From an uncultured Solirubrobacteraceae bacterium (GTDB lineage: Bacteria > Actinomycetota > Thermoleophilia > Solirubrobacterales > Solirubrobacteraceae), in the NCBI GenBank assembly GCA_963745375.1, contig CAVUXA010000005.1:205909-269908 (forward strand): a stretch of DNA of 64,000 nucleotides. Reading direction: 5' to 3'. This document shows, piece by piece, positions 29,948 through 40,555 of the stretch. The translations under genes were made by a program, and so were the position numbers. Under the pieces are notes generated by a model. That model made no database searches. It was not told the DNA's origin and was given only the letters and a program-made list of their open reading frames with translations. Within the stretch, counting starts at the first letter, position 1. Every line of letters starts with the position of its first letter.

Positions 29948-30750
29948 GCCTGCTCGACTGGAACCGTGCCGGAGTGGATCGCCATGATGCCTCCGGCGAG
30001 CAGCACGTAGCGGATCTCCGACAGGCCCGCGCGCGCCAGCTCGCCGGCCAGCTCGGCAGGGCCGGGGAAGCGCCTGACCGAGTCGGGCAGGTAGGTGTAG
30101 GCGTCGGCAATGCTCGTCCGCTGGGCGCCCTCGCGCGAGCGCAGCGCCACGAGCGCGCCCGCGAGCCTGCCCAGCGCGGGCACCAGGCGGTCGAACCAGA
30201 CGCGGTAGAACAGCGACAGCGGCGGGCGCGTGGGCGTGAGGATCTCCAGCACCACCACGCGCCCCCCGGGACGTACGACGCGCGTCATCTCGGCGAGTCC
30301 GCGGGCCAGGTCTGAGAAGTTGCGCGCGCCGAAGCCCACTGTGGCCGCGTCGAAGCTGTCGTCGGGGTATGGCAGCGCGAGCGCGTCGGCCCATTCGAAG
30401 CGCGGCCGCACCCCCGACGTTGGGCGGGCCTCCGCCTTGACGCGAGCGCGCGCGAGCATTCCCTCGGAGAAGTCGCTGCCCACGACCTCGCCGCCCGGCG
30501 AGACACGGCGCGCGAGCTCCAGCGCGAGGTCGCCGGTGCCCGTGGCCACGTCAAGCACGCGCGCGCCCGGGCCGACATGGGCCTGGTCGGCGGCGCGCGA
30601 GCGCCAGCGATGGTGCAGGCCAGCGGTCATGGCGGTGTTCAGCGCGTCGTACACGCCCGCGATGCGGTCGAACATGGCACGCACCTCGGGCGCCTGCAGC
30701 CTGCCTGGGTTGGCCTGCGGGGGTGCGCCGGCTTGGCCGCTGGCGGGCAC
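29944..30750 (-). CDS. menG: Demethylmenaquinone methyltransferase
   Basis: MFDRIA..YD.LN, LDVATGTGD, FGARN, AYTYL. Confidence 0.9.
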   Translation of the reverse strand: MPASGQAGAPPQANPGRLQAPEVRAMFDRIAGVYDALNTAMTAGLHHRWRSRAADQAHVGPGARVLDVATGTGDLALELARRVSPGGEVVGSDFSEGMLARARVKAEARPTSGVRPRFEWADALALPYPDDSFDAATVGFGARNFSDLARGLAEMTRVVRPGGRVVVLEILTPTRPPLSLFYRVWFDRLVPALGRLAGALVALRSREGAQRTSIADAYTYLPDSVRRFPGPAELAGELARAGLSEIRYVLLAGGIMAIHSGTVPVEQA

Positions 30751-30758
30751 GACGTGCG

Positions 30759-31493
30759 CTATTTGAGCTGCGAGAGGAAGTTGACGATCGCGCTGAACTT
30801 CTTCGCGGGCAGGTTCTTGAACGAGGGCATCGGCGCGGTGGGGTTGACGAGCGTTCGCGCGATCGCCTGGCGGGGGATGCGCGCGGCTACGTGCGTCAGG
30901 TCGGGCCCCGGCCCGGCGTTGCCGTTGTCGCCGAGCTTGTGGCAGGCCAAGCAGCCGGACTGCGCGACCACCTTGCTGCCTTCTTCATACTCGGCCAGCG
31001 TCTTGCCGCCGGCCTGGACGACCGCCGCGGGCGCCGTCATTTCGATCGACGTGGGCGCGCCCACGTTGGCTCCCGAGTAGGTCAGGTAGGCCATCGCCCC
31101 GATCACCGCGACGGCGGTGATCGTCGCTATCGGGCGGCGCTCGGGGCGGCGCTCGGGCCCGCGATCGTAGAACGGCAGCAAGAACAGCAGGATCATGCAG
31201 ATCGTCGGCACGCCGATCGTCGCGAGCGGCACGAGGCTCGGCGTCCTGATGATGCGCAGGAGCTCGAAGAGGAAGAAGAAGTACCACTCCGGGCGCGGCA
31301 CGTAGGTCGTGCTGGTGGGGTTGGCCTTGGGGCCGAGCTCGGCGCCCAGCACCAGCGACATGGCGATGATGATCGCCATCACCACACAGGCCATCGCCCC
31401 GTCCTTGGCGACCGCGTAGGGGAAGAACGGCTTGCCCTGGGCCTTGAGGATCGAGTACTCGCGGAGGTACTCCTCCTTCTGGCGCTGGTTCAT
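30759..31493 (-). CDS. Cytochrome bc complex subunit IV fused to cytochrome c
   Basis: PRPEWYF (PEWY); CLACH haem motif; axial Met in PMP. Confidence 0.9.
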   Translation of the reverse strand: MNQRQKEEYLREYSILKAQGKPFFPYAVAKDGAMACVVMAIIIAMSLVLGAELGPKANPTSTTYVPRPEWYFFFLFELLRIIRTPSLVPLATIGVPTICMILLFLLPFYDRGPERRPERRPIATITAVAVIGAMAYLTYSGANVGAPTSIEMTAPAAVVQAGGKTLAEYEEGSKVVAQSGCLACHKLGDNGNAGPGPDLTHVAARIPRQAIARTLVNPTAPMPSFKNLPAKKFSAIVNFLSQLK

Positions 31494-32302
31494 ACCTGCG
31501 CCTCGCGCAGCTCCTGGCGCTTCTGGGCTTTGGTCCAGGGCGGCGCGGTGGTGCCGAGCTTGGCCACCAGGTACAGGTGGGCGCCGATCAACGCTGCCAG
31601 CAACCCGGGTATCAGCAGCATATGGATGGCATAGAAGCGCGACAGCGTGGTCGCCCCGAATTCAGAGCCTCCGCGCAGGAAGTCGCTCAGGTAGGGGCCG
31701 ATCAGCGGCCCGGTGCCGTTGATGTTGACGCCGACGATCGTCGCCCAGTAGGCGCGCTGATCGAACGGCAGCAGATAGCCGGTGAACGACATGACCATCG
31801 TGAGGATCAGCAGCACCACGCCGATCACCCAGTTGAGCTCGCGCGGGTACTTGTAGGCGCCGAAGAGGAACGTTCGCCCCATGTGCAAGAACACGAGCAC
31901 CACCATCACGCTCGAGCCCCATTTGTGCATGCCGCGCACGAACTGGCCGAGGAACACGTCGTTGGTGACGTAGCGGATCGATTCGTAGGCCCCGCCGGCC
32001 GGGTCCGGGCGGTAGTACATCGCCAGGAACACGCCCGTGACGGCCTGGCTGAGGAAGGCGAACATGGTGGCCGAGCCGAGCGTGTAGAACCAGTTGGTGC
32101 CCTTGGGCACCTTGCGGAACATCAGCCAGCGCCCGGCGCCGCTCAGCGAGGTGCGCTCGTCGACCCAGTCGACGACGGTAATCCCGGCCTGCGCCGCCGC
32201 CTCCAGAGGTCCGCCGTTGCCGTTGCTCTCGCCCGGCCGCGGCGGCGGTTCCTGCAGCGGCGGGGGGAGCGGGGGAGCGGGGAGCTTGGGGATCCTGGGC
32301 AT
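31490..32302 (-). CDS. Cytochrome b6-type (split cytochrome b) subunit
   Basis: TGVFLAMYY, RGMHKWG, HMGR, TGYLLPFDQ, RFYAIH...AH. Confidence 0.93.
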   Translation of the reverse strand: MPRIPKLPAPPLPPPLQEPPPRPGESNGNGGPLEAAAQAGITVVDWVDERTSLSGAGRWLMFRKVPKGTNWFYTLGSATMFAFLSQAVTGVFLAMYYRPDPAGGAYESIRYVTNDVFLGQFVRGMHKWGSSVMVVLVFLHMGRTFLFGAYKYPRELNWVIGVVLLILTMVMSFTGYLLPFDQRAYWATIVGVNINGTGPLIGPYLSDFLRGGSEFGATTLSRFYAIHMLLIPGLLAALIGAHLYLVAKLGTTAPPWTKAQKRQELREAQV

Positions 32303-32314
32303 GAGGGGCTGCTC

Positions 32315-32980
32315 CTAGAGTTTCTGAGCGCCGGGACGGGACGGGTACAGGTACTGGCCGATGCCGTCGAGCGGCTCGCCGGGGTCACGCGGTGAGAAGC
32401 GGCGCAGCTCGCTGTTGACGGAGAAGCGCGGGCCCACTTCCACGTATTCGCCTTTGACGCGGGTGTAGAAGCGGTCGAGCGGCCGGACTGGAGGCCCACC
32501 CACCCGCCGACCCAGAAGGTCATATACACCGCCGTGACACGGGCAGATGAAACGCTCGGACGCGTCCACCCAGCGGACCGGACAACCGACGTGCGCGCAG
32601 CGGCTGGAGATGGCGATGTAAGGGGTCCCTTGGTCGTAGGAGTCGGTGTCGATTTCGGGGTTGAACTTGCGCATGTACACGGTCGTCTTGCCCGCCTCGC
32701 CGAGGTTGGGGGTGACGGTGAGCACGACCGGGACGTAGTTGTTGTCGAGGAACTGGTCGACCGTGCCCACGATTTCCCAGCGGTGGGGCGTGCTCTTGAA
32801 GATCGGCCCGATGGCGAAGCCGAGCGCGGGCAGCGCAAACGCGCTGGCGGCGATCGCGCCCGCGGTGTGAGCGGTGCCGGTCATGAACCTGCGCCGCGTG
32901 ATCGTCTCACCCTCGAAGGCCCCCGGGATCCCCCGGTCGAGCGTGTACTTGGACCTTTGCTTTGCGCGTTTGTCTGCCAC
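32315..32980 (-). CDS. Rieske iron-sulfur subunit of cytochrome bc complex
   Basis: Tat motif TRRRF; CAHVGC and CPCHGG. Confidence 0.93.
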   Translation of the reverse strand: MADKRAKQRSKYTLDRGIPGAFEGETITRRRFMTGTAHTAGAIAASAFALPALGFAIGPIFKSTPHRWEIVGTVDQFLDNNYVPVVLTVTPNLGEAGKTTVYMRKFNPEIDTDSYDQGTPYIAISSRCAHVGCPVRWVDASERFICPCHGGVYDLLGRRVGGPPVRPLDRFYTRVKGEYVEVGPRFSVNSELRRFSPRDPGEPLDGIGQYLYPSRPGAQKL

Positions 32981-33027
32981 CGCAGCCAAACAATATCGAG
33001 GCGCCGTCAAGCGCGGCGCCACCGGCT

Positions 33028-33606
33028 TCAGACGCTTGTGCGCATCGCCTCGATCGCCTCCCAGCGGCCTGCGAAGGCGAGCGCCTTGGCTTGCGTGTGG
33101 GGCTCGCTGGACCCCCAACCGACCGCCCGCGCGCCGGCCTGCCAGACCACGTCCGCGAGCGCCCGGCGCCCGGCGCCATTGGCCAGCGCGCTGAGCGTGA
33201 TCGTGTCGGCGAGCTCGGCCACGGCCATCGTGTCTCCGAGTCCCACCAGGCGGGCCAGGCCGATCGCATACAGCTGGTCGCCGGCCAGCAGCCTCAGGTC
33301 GGCCTCGGGTACGTGCAACAGGCGGGGCGAGTCGTAATGCAGTAGGTAGCCCTCGTAGATGGCCTCCACCAACAGCTCGTACTCCTCGCGCCTGCCCTGC
33401 GCGCGCGGGCCCTCGGCGGCGAGCGCTGCGGGGCTTTCGTGCGGGCACGCATGCCCGCCGCCGTTGGTGTCCGGCGACGGCGCGAGCAGTGTGGCCATCA
33501 GGCCGCCCTGCTCGTCCAGCAGCGCCCGCAGGCGTTGGAGTCCGGCGCCGCTTGGGTGAGTCGGCGGGGCGCTCACAGCGGCTTTGCTCCAGGCTCGGGC
33601 AGGCAA
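33028..33606 (-). CDS. Hypothetical protein, possible non-catalytic prenyltransferase-fold subunit
   Basis: EAIYEGYLLHY...LLAGDQLYA; no DDxxD; start uncertain. Confidence 0.55.
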   Translation of the reverse strand: MPARAWSKAAVSAPPTHPSGAGLQRLRALLDEQGGLMATLLAPSPDTNGGGHACPHESPAALAAEGPRAQGRREEYELLVEAIYEGYLLHYDSPRLLHVPEADLRLLAGDQLYAIGLARLVGLGDTMAVAELADTITLSALANGAGRRALADVVWQAGARAVGWGSSEPHTQAKALAFAGRWEAIEAMRTSV

Positions 33607-34905
33607 TCGAATGCGGCGGCGGCGGCCTCAAGCGTGCGCTCGACGTGCTCGGCGTCGTGCGCGAGCGAGGGAAACCACGCCTCGAACTGCGACGCCGGCG
33701 GATAGACGCCGCGGGCGAGCAGCTCGCGACACCACTGCGCGTAGGCGTCGGAGTCACAGGCCTGCGCGTCGGCGAAGCTCTGCACGGGCTGCTCGCTGAA
33801 GAAGACAGTGAGCAGGCCGGGCGCATTTGCGACTTGGATCGGATACCCGTCCGCCCCGCCAGATGCTCGGGCCTCGCGCGCGGCCTCGCGCAGGCCGTCT
33901 GCGAGGGCCTGTGTTATTGCGGCCAGGCGCAGGTAGGCGCCCTCGTCGAGTAGCTCCAGCGTGGCCAGGCCGGCGGCCACGGCCAGTGGGTTGCCAGACA
34001 GCGTGCCCGCCTGGTAGACGTCGCCGGCAGGCGCAAGCATGCGCATCACCTCCGCGCGGCCCCCGACCGCGGCGGCGGGCAGGCCGCCGCCGATGACCTT
34101 GCCCATGATGGTCAGGTCGCCGATCACGCCGGTCAGCTCCTGGGCGCCTCCGCGCGCGACGCGAAAGCCGCTGATCACCTCATCGAGGACGAGCAGCGCC
34201 CCGTTGGCGTCTGCCCGCTCGCGCGCCAGCTCCAGGAAGGCCTCGCGCGCGGGCACGAGCCCCATGTTGGCGGGCAGCGGCTCGGCGATGATCGCGGCGA
34301 GCTCGTGACGCTCGGTGGCGGCGATCAGCGCGTCGGGGTCGTTCCATGGCACAACGATCGTGTTTGAGGCGGCGCTCGCCGGCACGCCGGGGCTGGACGG
34401 GAGCGCCTGCGTGGCCAGCCCCGATCCGGCCAGTGCGAGCAGCCCGTCGACGTGCCCGTGATATGCGCCGGCGAACTTCAGCACCTTGTCGCGGCCGGTG
34501 GCAGCGCGCGCCAGGCGGATTGCGGTCATCGTGGCCTCGGTCCCGGAGGAGGTCGTGCGCAACATCTCCACGCCCTCCATGCGGCTCGTGACCTCGACCG
34601 CAAGCTGCACCTCGCCGGGCGTGGGCGCCCCGAAGCTGGTTCCCCTGGCGGCCGCGTCGCCGATCGCTGCGAGCACGTGCGGGTGGGCGTGCCCGTGGAT
34701 CAGCGGTCCCCACGAGCAGACGTAGTCGACGAAGCGGTTGCCGTCGACGTCGATCAGCTCTGCCCCCTGGCCGCGCGCGACGAAGATCGGCTCGCGCCCG
34801 ATCGCGCGCATCGCCCGCACGGGCGAGTTGACCCCGCCGGGGATCACCTCCAGGCGCGCGCCTGTACAGCTCGGCCGAGCGCGTGTCGGTGAGCGAGGCC
34901 GTCAC
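33573..34905 (-). CDS. hemL: Glutamate-1-semialdehyde 2,1-aminomutase; frameshift near 34854
   Basis: [43 protein letters not shown]; GTGA overlap with the upstream gene. Confidence 0.93.
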
Positions 34906-35975
34906 GAGCTCACGGCGTGCTCGCGCTCCCACGCCTTGAACTCGTCGGTGAAGTACAGCAGCCGGATCTTCTTGAACTCGGTGGAGGAGTACAGCGTGGC
35001 GCGCTCGTCGATCCCGGTCATCTGGGCGATCGCGTCGAGCACCGCGTCGCACTCGTCCTTGGAGCGGCCGTGGGCCATCGTGAAGACCGAGTAGGGCCAG
35101 TCGGCGTAGGTGGGGCGCTGGTAGCAGTGGGAGATGCCGCGCACGGCGGCCATGCGGCAGCCGATCTCGAAGATCTGCTCGTCGGGGACCTTCCACACGC
35201 CCATGCCGTTGGCGGAGAAGCCGGCGCGGCGGTGATAGAGGATGGCGGCCACGCGGCGCAGCAGGCCCCGCTCCTGCATGCCGGCGAGGTGGTCGAGCAG
35301 GCGCTCCTGGGTGATCCCGAGCTCGCTGGCGGCAGGAGCATACGGTTCTTCGATCACCGGCCTGTCGCCCTGCAGCGCGCGGATGACGGCGATGTCGAAG
35401 TCGTCGTAGGGCTGGGGCTCGAGCTCGATCGGCTCCTTAACCTCAGCGGCAGTCGAGAGCGCATCGGTGTCGCCCTCCATCTCCAGATCCATGCGGATCT
35501 TGAACAGCTTCAGAGTGGGCAGCTGTCGTACGGACTCGGCGCCGGCCTCGCGCGCGAGCACCTCCAGCGTGCCCTCCAGCCCGAGCTGCGAGTCGGGCTC
35601 GGTGGCGATCGTGAACCACAGGTTGAACTCGTGGTTGCGCAGGTAGTTGTGCGACACGCCGGGGTGTTCGTTGATCACCTGGGCCGCGCGATGGGGGTGC
35701 TCGGGGTCGACCTTGGCGGCGACCAGCATCGAGGAGTAGCCCAGGGCGCGCGTGTCGAAGATGGGCGTGACCTGGCGGATGATGCGCTTGTCGAGCAGGC
35801 GCTGCACGCGCTGCATGACCTCCTGCTCTGAGACCGCTCCCAGCTCGGCCACGTGCCGGTAGGGCCGCGGCGCGATCGGGAAGCTACCCTGCATCAGGTT
35901 GAGCAGCTTGCGGTCGAGATCGTCAAGCGGGACGGCGGCGCCGTCCTTGCGGCTGCGCAGCTTCAGCGAAGCCAT
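34902..35975 (-). CDS. Fused siroheme decarboxylase AhbA/AhbB (NirDL/GH-like, Lrp/AsnC fold)
   Basis: Two halves with VSHNYLR and [17 protein letters not shown] motifs. Confidence 0.88.
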   Translation of the reverse strand: MASLKLRSRKDGAAVPLDDLDRKLLNLMQGSFPIAPRPYRHVAELGAVSEQEVMQRVQRLLDKRIIRQVTPIFDTRALGYSSMLVAAKVDPEHPHRAAQVINEHPGVSHNYLRNHEFNLWFTIATEPDSQLGLEGTLEVLAREAGAESVRQLPTLKLFKIRMDLEMEGDTDALSTAAEVKEPIELEPQPYDDFDIAVIRALQGDRPVIEEPYAPAASELGITQERLLDHLAGMQERGLLRRVAAILYHRRAGFSANGMGVWKVPDEQIFEIGCRMAAVRGISHCYQRPTYADWPYSVFTMAHGRSKDECDAVLDAIAQMTGIDERATLYSSTEFKKIRLLYFTDEFKAWEREHAVSS

Positions 35976-36992
35976 CGGGCGGCGTCCTTTGCGTGGTAGG
36001 TGATGATCGTGTCGGCGCCGGCGCGGCGCAGCGAGGTGAGTATCTCCAGGACGACCGCGCGCTCGTCGATGTAGCCGCCGGCGGCGGCGGCCTTGACCAT
36101 GGCGTACTCGCCGCTGACGTTGTAGGCGGCGACGGGCAGGCGGGTGGCGCGCTTGACCGCGCGGATCAGATCGCCGTAGGCGAGCGCTGGCTTGACCATA
36201 ACCATGTCGGCGCCCTCGTCGACGTCGAGCAGCGCCTCGCGCACGCGCCTCGCGCCCGTTGGCGGGGTCCATCTGGTAGCTGCGGCGGTCGCCGAAGGCC
36301 GGCGCGGAGCCGGCGGCGTCGCGAAACGGCCCGTAGAAGGCGGAGGCGAATTTGGCGGCGTAGGCGAGGATGGGCACGTCGGCGAAGCCGTCTGCGTCGA
36401 GCGCCTCGCGGATGGCGCCGACGCGCCCGTCCATCATGTCCGACGGCGCGACGATGTCGGCTCCGGCGCGAGCGTGGCTGACGGCGGCGCGCGCGAGCAG
36501 CTCGAGGGTGGCGTCGTTGTCGACCGATCGCGCGTCGGGCCCGTCGCCGCGCAGCACGCCGCAATGCCCGTGGCTGGTGTACTCGCACAGGCACACGTCG
36601 GTGAGCACGAGCAGGTCGGGGACGGCCTGCTTGATGGCGCGCGTGGCCAACTGCACGACGCCGTCGTCGTCCCACGCGCCGGAGCCCTCGTCGTCCTTGT
36701 CGGCGGGCACGCCGAACAGCAGCACGCCGGCGATGCCCAGGGCGGCCGCCTCGCGCGCCTCGTCCACGGCGGCCGACAGCGACAGGCGATCGACGCCGGG
36801 CATCGTGGCGATCGGCTGATGCCCTGCCTGCCCGCCAGACCGGTCGGCGTGGCCGTGCTCGCCCAGAACGCCAGCCTCGGCGACGAACAGCGGCAGCACC
36901 ATCTGGGCGGCGCTCAGGTCGGTCTCGCGCACGAGCCCACGCAGGCCGGCGGTCGCGCGCAGTCTGCGCATGCGCGTCAGGGGAAAGGCCAT
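35963..36992 (-). CDS. hemB: Porphobilinogen synthase; frameshift near 36245
   Basis: [36 protein letters not shown]; VMVKPAL and AYNVSGEY in the next frame. Confidence 0.93.
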
Positions 36993-37070
36993 CGCCTTCG
37001 AGGATACCTGTCGCGATCGAACATCCTGACCAAGGGGCGCCTTCGGCGCGGGCGAGGTCGGCCTTTGCCT

Positions 37071-38486
37071 TTACTCGACCTGGCGCAACCCCAGGCGCGC
37101 GATGACCGCGAACAGCAGAGTCAGGCCGGCGAGATGGGCGACCGACGCGCCGACGGACGGCGACGCGCTGTTGACGGCGGCGTCGAGCGCCTGCAAGGAC
37201 GCCTTGAAGGGGAAGACGAACGAGATCGCGGCGATCGCGTCGTAGAAACCGCCCGACACCGACCCGGCGGGCACGAGCGCGAGGAACGCGAGCGGCAGCG
37301 ACAGCAGAAATGCCAGCAGCGAGGCGGCGCGCACCTCGCGGGCGAGCGCGCCGATGGCCACGCCGAGACCGCCGAAGGCGAGCGCACCGAACGCGAGCGC
37401 CAGCGCCCACAGTCCCACTCGGCCCCAGTCGAGCGTCACGAACGCGCCGACCCCGGCAAGCATGGCGAAGGCAACCGCGAACGAGCAACCGGCCGCCAGC
37501 AGCGACTTCTCGGCCAGCAGCGCCTCACGGGTTATCAGACTCCCACCCGCCCGACCCCCAGCCGCCGTCCCACCCGCCGGACCACCTACTCCGCCGACCT
37601 GAGCCGCCCTGCCCGCCCGCGGGCTTCGCAGCAGGCGCGCGAGCGTGCCCTCTTCGCGCTCGAGCGCGACGCCGCCGGCAGCGAGCAGGACGCACAGGAA
37701 CATCAACGAGACGGTTACCGCGACAACCACAGCAAAGGTGTCGAGCGGGGTGCGCCGCCCGTGCAGCAGGGTGCTGCGCACGCGGATGGGCTGGCCGATG
37801 GTCGACAGGACCTGCCTGCTGATGGCGAGGTTCTGCGCGGCGAACTGCGCGAAGTCGGCCACCCGTTCGAGCGCGGCGCGGTCGGGCCCGGGCGGCTGGT
37901 GGGCCATCACACCGTGGAGCAGCGGCGGGATGGCGTCCAGGGCGATCAGGTTCTGGTTGGCGCCGAGCGCGCCCAGGCTGCCGCCCTTGAGCAGCACTTC
38001 GATCACCCGGGCGGCGGCCTGCTGGATCTGCTTGGAGAAGCCGAGGTTGGCCTGGGCGAGGGCGGAGCCGATCTGCGACTGCACGATCGACTGCTCGAGC
38101 GCGTCGCCGTTGTAGACGACTTCGACCTCGGCTTGGGCGGTCGCCGAGGCGACCCGCGCGGCGATGTCGGACGGGATGACGACCGCTGCGAGCACGGCGG
38201 CCGACTTGACCTGTTCGATCGCCTGCGCGCGGGTGGCCACGCTGACCGCCTGGACGTGGCCGAACAGCTGGCGGGCGTACTGGCCGACGCTCACGTGCTG
38301 GTCGCCCACGCGCACGGTTTCCCCCGGCGGGGTCTCGTCGACGATCGCCACACGCGGCCGCGAGGGGCTGCGCGAGATGGCAAAGCCGATCAGCAGCGCG
38401 ATCGCTACGGGATAGACGATCAGCAGGCCGACGAGCAGGCGCGAGCGGCCGAGGATCAGCAGGTCCTTGCGCGCCAGCCACCTCAT
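37071..38486 (-). CDS. ABC-2 type transporter permease
   Basis: N-terminal TM, large extracytoplasmic loop, EREEGTLARLL, five C-terminal TMs. Confidence 0.85.
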   Translation of the reverse strand: MRWLARKDLLILGRSRLLVGLLIVYPVAIALLIGFAISRSPSRPRVAIVDETPPGETVRVGDQHVSVGQYARQLFGHVQAVSVATRAQAIEQVKSAAVLAAVVIPSDIAARVASATAQAEVEVVYNGDALEQSIVQSQIGSALAQANLGFSKQIQQAAARVIEVLLKGGSLGALGANQNLIALDAIPPLLHGVMAHQPPGPDRAALERVADFAQFAAQNLAISRQVLSTIGQPIRVRSTLLHGRRTPLDTFAVVVAVTVSLMFLCVLLAAGGVALEREEGTLARLLRSPRAGRAAQVGGVGGPAGGTAAGGRAGGSLITREALLAEKSLLAAGCSFAVAFAMLAGVGAFVTLDWGRVGLWALALAFGALAFGGLGVAIGALAREVRAASLLAFLLSLPLAFLALVPAGSVSGGFYDAIAAISFVFPFKASLQALDAAVNSASPSVGASVAHLAGLTLLFAVIARLGLRQVE

Positions 38487-39290
38487 CGCTCGTGCTCCCG
38501 CGCCGGCCCGCCCGTGTCGGCGACCGCGGGGCTGGTGCCGTCAGACGACTGGCCGTCGGCGCGCAGGAAGTCGACGAGCGCCTGCTCGAGGTCGCCGTCG
38601 GGGCGCTGGCCGGCGGCGGCCAGCAGCGCCGCGGGGGAGCCGTCGAACAGGATGCGCCCGTCGGCGAGGACGATCAGGCGACTGGCGTGGCGCTGGGCCT
38701 CGGCGACGTTGTGGGTGGAGAACACGATCGTCCTGCCCGCCCGCGCGAGCGCGCAGACGAAGTCCCACAGCCGCTCGCGCTGGGCCGGGTCGAGTGACGC
38801 GGAGGGCTCGTCGAGGGCGAGCACGGGGGGTCGCCGATCAGCGCTATGGCCACGTTGACGCGCTGGCGGTTGCCGCCGGACAGGCGCCCGGCGCGCTCGT
38901 GCGCGCGCTCGCGCAGGCCGCTCTGCTCGAGCATCAGCGCGACCGCGCCAGCGGGTCTGCGACCTTCTCCAGGCGCGCGAACAGGGCGAGGTTCTCGGCG
39001 ACCGACAGCTTGGAGTAGAGCGCGGGAGCCTGCGGCGCCCAGCCGACCTCGCCGGCCGCCCGGCTGACCTCGCCGGCGCTCGGCGCGAGGATCCCGGCGA
39101 TGATCGACAGCAGCGTGGTCTTACCGGCGCCGTTGGGCCCGACGATGGCCACGAGCTCGCCTGCCATGGCGTCGAAGCTGACCTCGCGCAGCGCTTGCTG
39201 GCCGATGTTCCATCGGTCGCCATAGCGCTTGGCGATCCCACGAACGCTGAGGACGGGACTGGCGACAGGCGTTGCCGTGGGCGCGTTCAT
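38483..39290 (-). CDS. ABC transporter ATP-binding protein; two frameshifts
   Basis: [21 protein letters not shown] and STH distributed over three frames. Confidence 0.85.
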
Positions 39291-39311
39291 GAGCGAGAGC
39301 CGGCGACGGGG

Positions 39312-40529
39312 TCACAACAGCCCGTCCGAGCCGCGCTTCCACGGCTCGAACGCGAGATGGCGGTTGAGGTAGACGGTCGTCTCGCGCAGGATCGGCAGGA
39401 TCGGCAGCGCTATCAGCGCACCGACGATGCCGTGCAACTGCAGGCCCAGCAGCAGCGCGAAGATGACCAGCAGCGGGTTGATGCGCAGCGTGTGCCCGAA
39501 AATCTGCGGCGCGACCACATGGCCCTCCAGCTGCTGCAACCCGACGAACAGCAGCGCGACCCACACCGCGGTGATTGGGTGCATGAACAGCGCGACGAGA
39601 CCGGAGGCAGGGCGCCGAGGATCGGGCCAACATAGGGCACGAGCTCCATCACGCCGTAGAAGACGGCGAAGGCGACCGCGTAGGTGCTGCCGGCGGGGAA
39701 GATGCCAAGGGCGCCGAACAGCCACAGCGACAGGCCCGGCGGAGGCGCCCATGACGGTGCTGAACAGCAGCTGGCCGCCGATGTAGCGCGCGACGGCGTG
39801 CTGTACGAGCGTGGGGTAGTCGTCGGCGCGCGAGCCGTCGCCGTCGGGCATCAGGCGCCGGGCGAGGTGCCCGATCTGCCTGCCGTAGATGAGCATGTAG
39901 ACGGACAGCACGAACACGAGCACGAGGTCGAAGATCGCGTTGGCGGCTTCGGTGGCCAGGGCTCCGCCGAAGGACGCGAGCTTGGCGGCGCTCTTGGCGA
40001 CTTTGTCCTGGATGCTCTGCAGCGCGGTCTTGCCCTGCTTGACGAGTTTCAGATGGATGCCGTGTTCTTGCAGTTCGCGCTGGAAGGTCGCGATCTTCCT
40101 GTTGGCTTCGTTGACGATCTGGGGTAGATGGTTTGTGAACGTGCGCACCTGATCGGAGATAGGGTTAGCGAGCAGGAAGCCGATGCCGGCCAGCGCCAGG
40201 AAGAACGCGACGTACACCGAGAGCACGGCCAGGCCGCGGGGTACGTGCGGGCGCTGCACGAGGTCGACCGCCGGGTTGAGGATCAGCGCGATGACGCCCG
40301 GCGATGATGAAGATCAACAGCACTTTGCCCGCCGCTTTGGCAAGCGCCCAAGTGGCGAGCAGGGCGAGCGGGAGCATGACCAACTGCACCCAGCGAGGTA
40401 CGACCACCCTTGGGGGAGCTGGCTCCCCAGCCACCCGCTCGGGCGGCGAGTCGGTGATCTTCTGTTCCTCCGGCTCGGGCTGGCCGATCTTCGATCGGTC
40501 GGCCTGGGGGGGGTCTTGGGGACGCTCAT
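39312..40529 (-). CDS. AI-2E family transporter; several frameshifts
   Basis: VPYVGPILG, QQLEGHVVAPQIFG, INPLLVIFALL; start uncertain. Confidence 0.8.
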
Positions 40530-40555
40530 CGCTTGCCTGCGACCATCGCCAGAGT

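Noticed and set aside
34902-36992. 696-aa ORF that looks like a HemB-AhbAB fusion
   Set aside because: A single extra base near 36245 shifts hemB into the ahbAB frame; the true HemB C-terminus is in ORF 35963-36244.
24442-40529. Apparent pseudogene cluster or programmed frameshifting (desaturase, hemL, hemB, ABC ATPase, AI-2E)
   Set aside because: Isolated single-base indels in GC-rich runs within otherwise intact conserved genes, with no slippery heptamers; most likely sequencing or assembly errors. Raw reads would decide.
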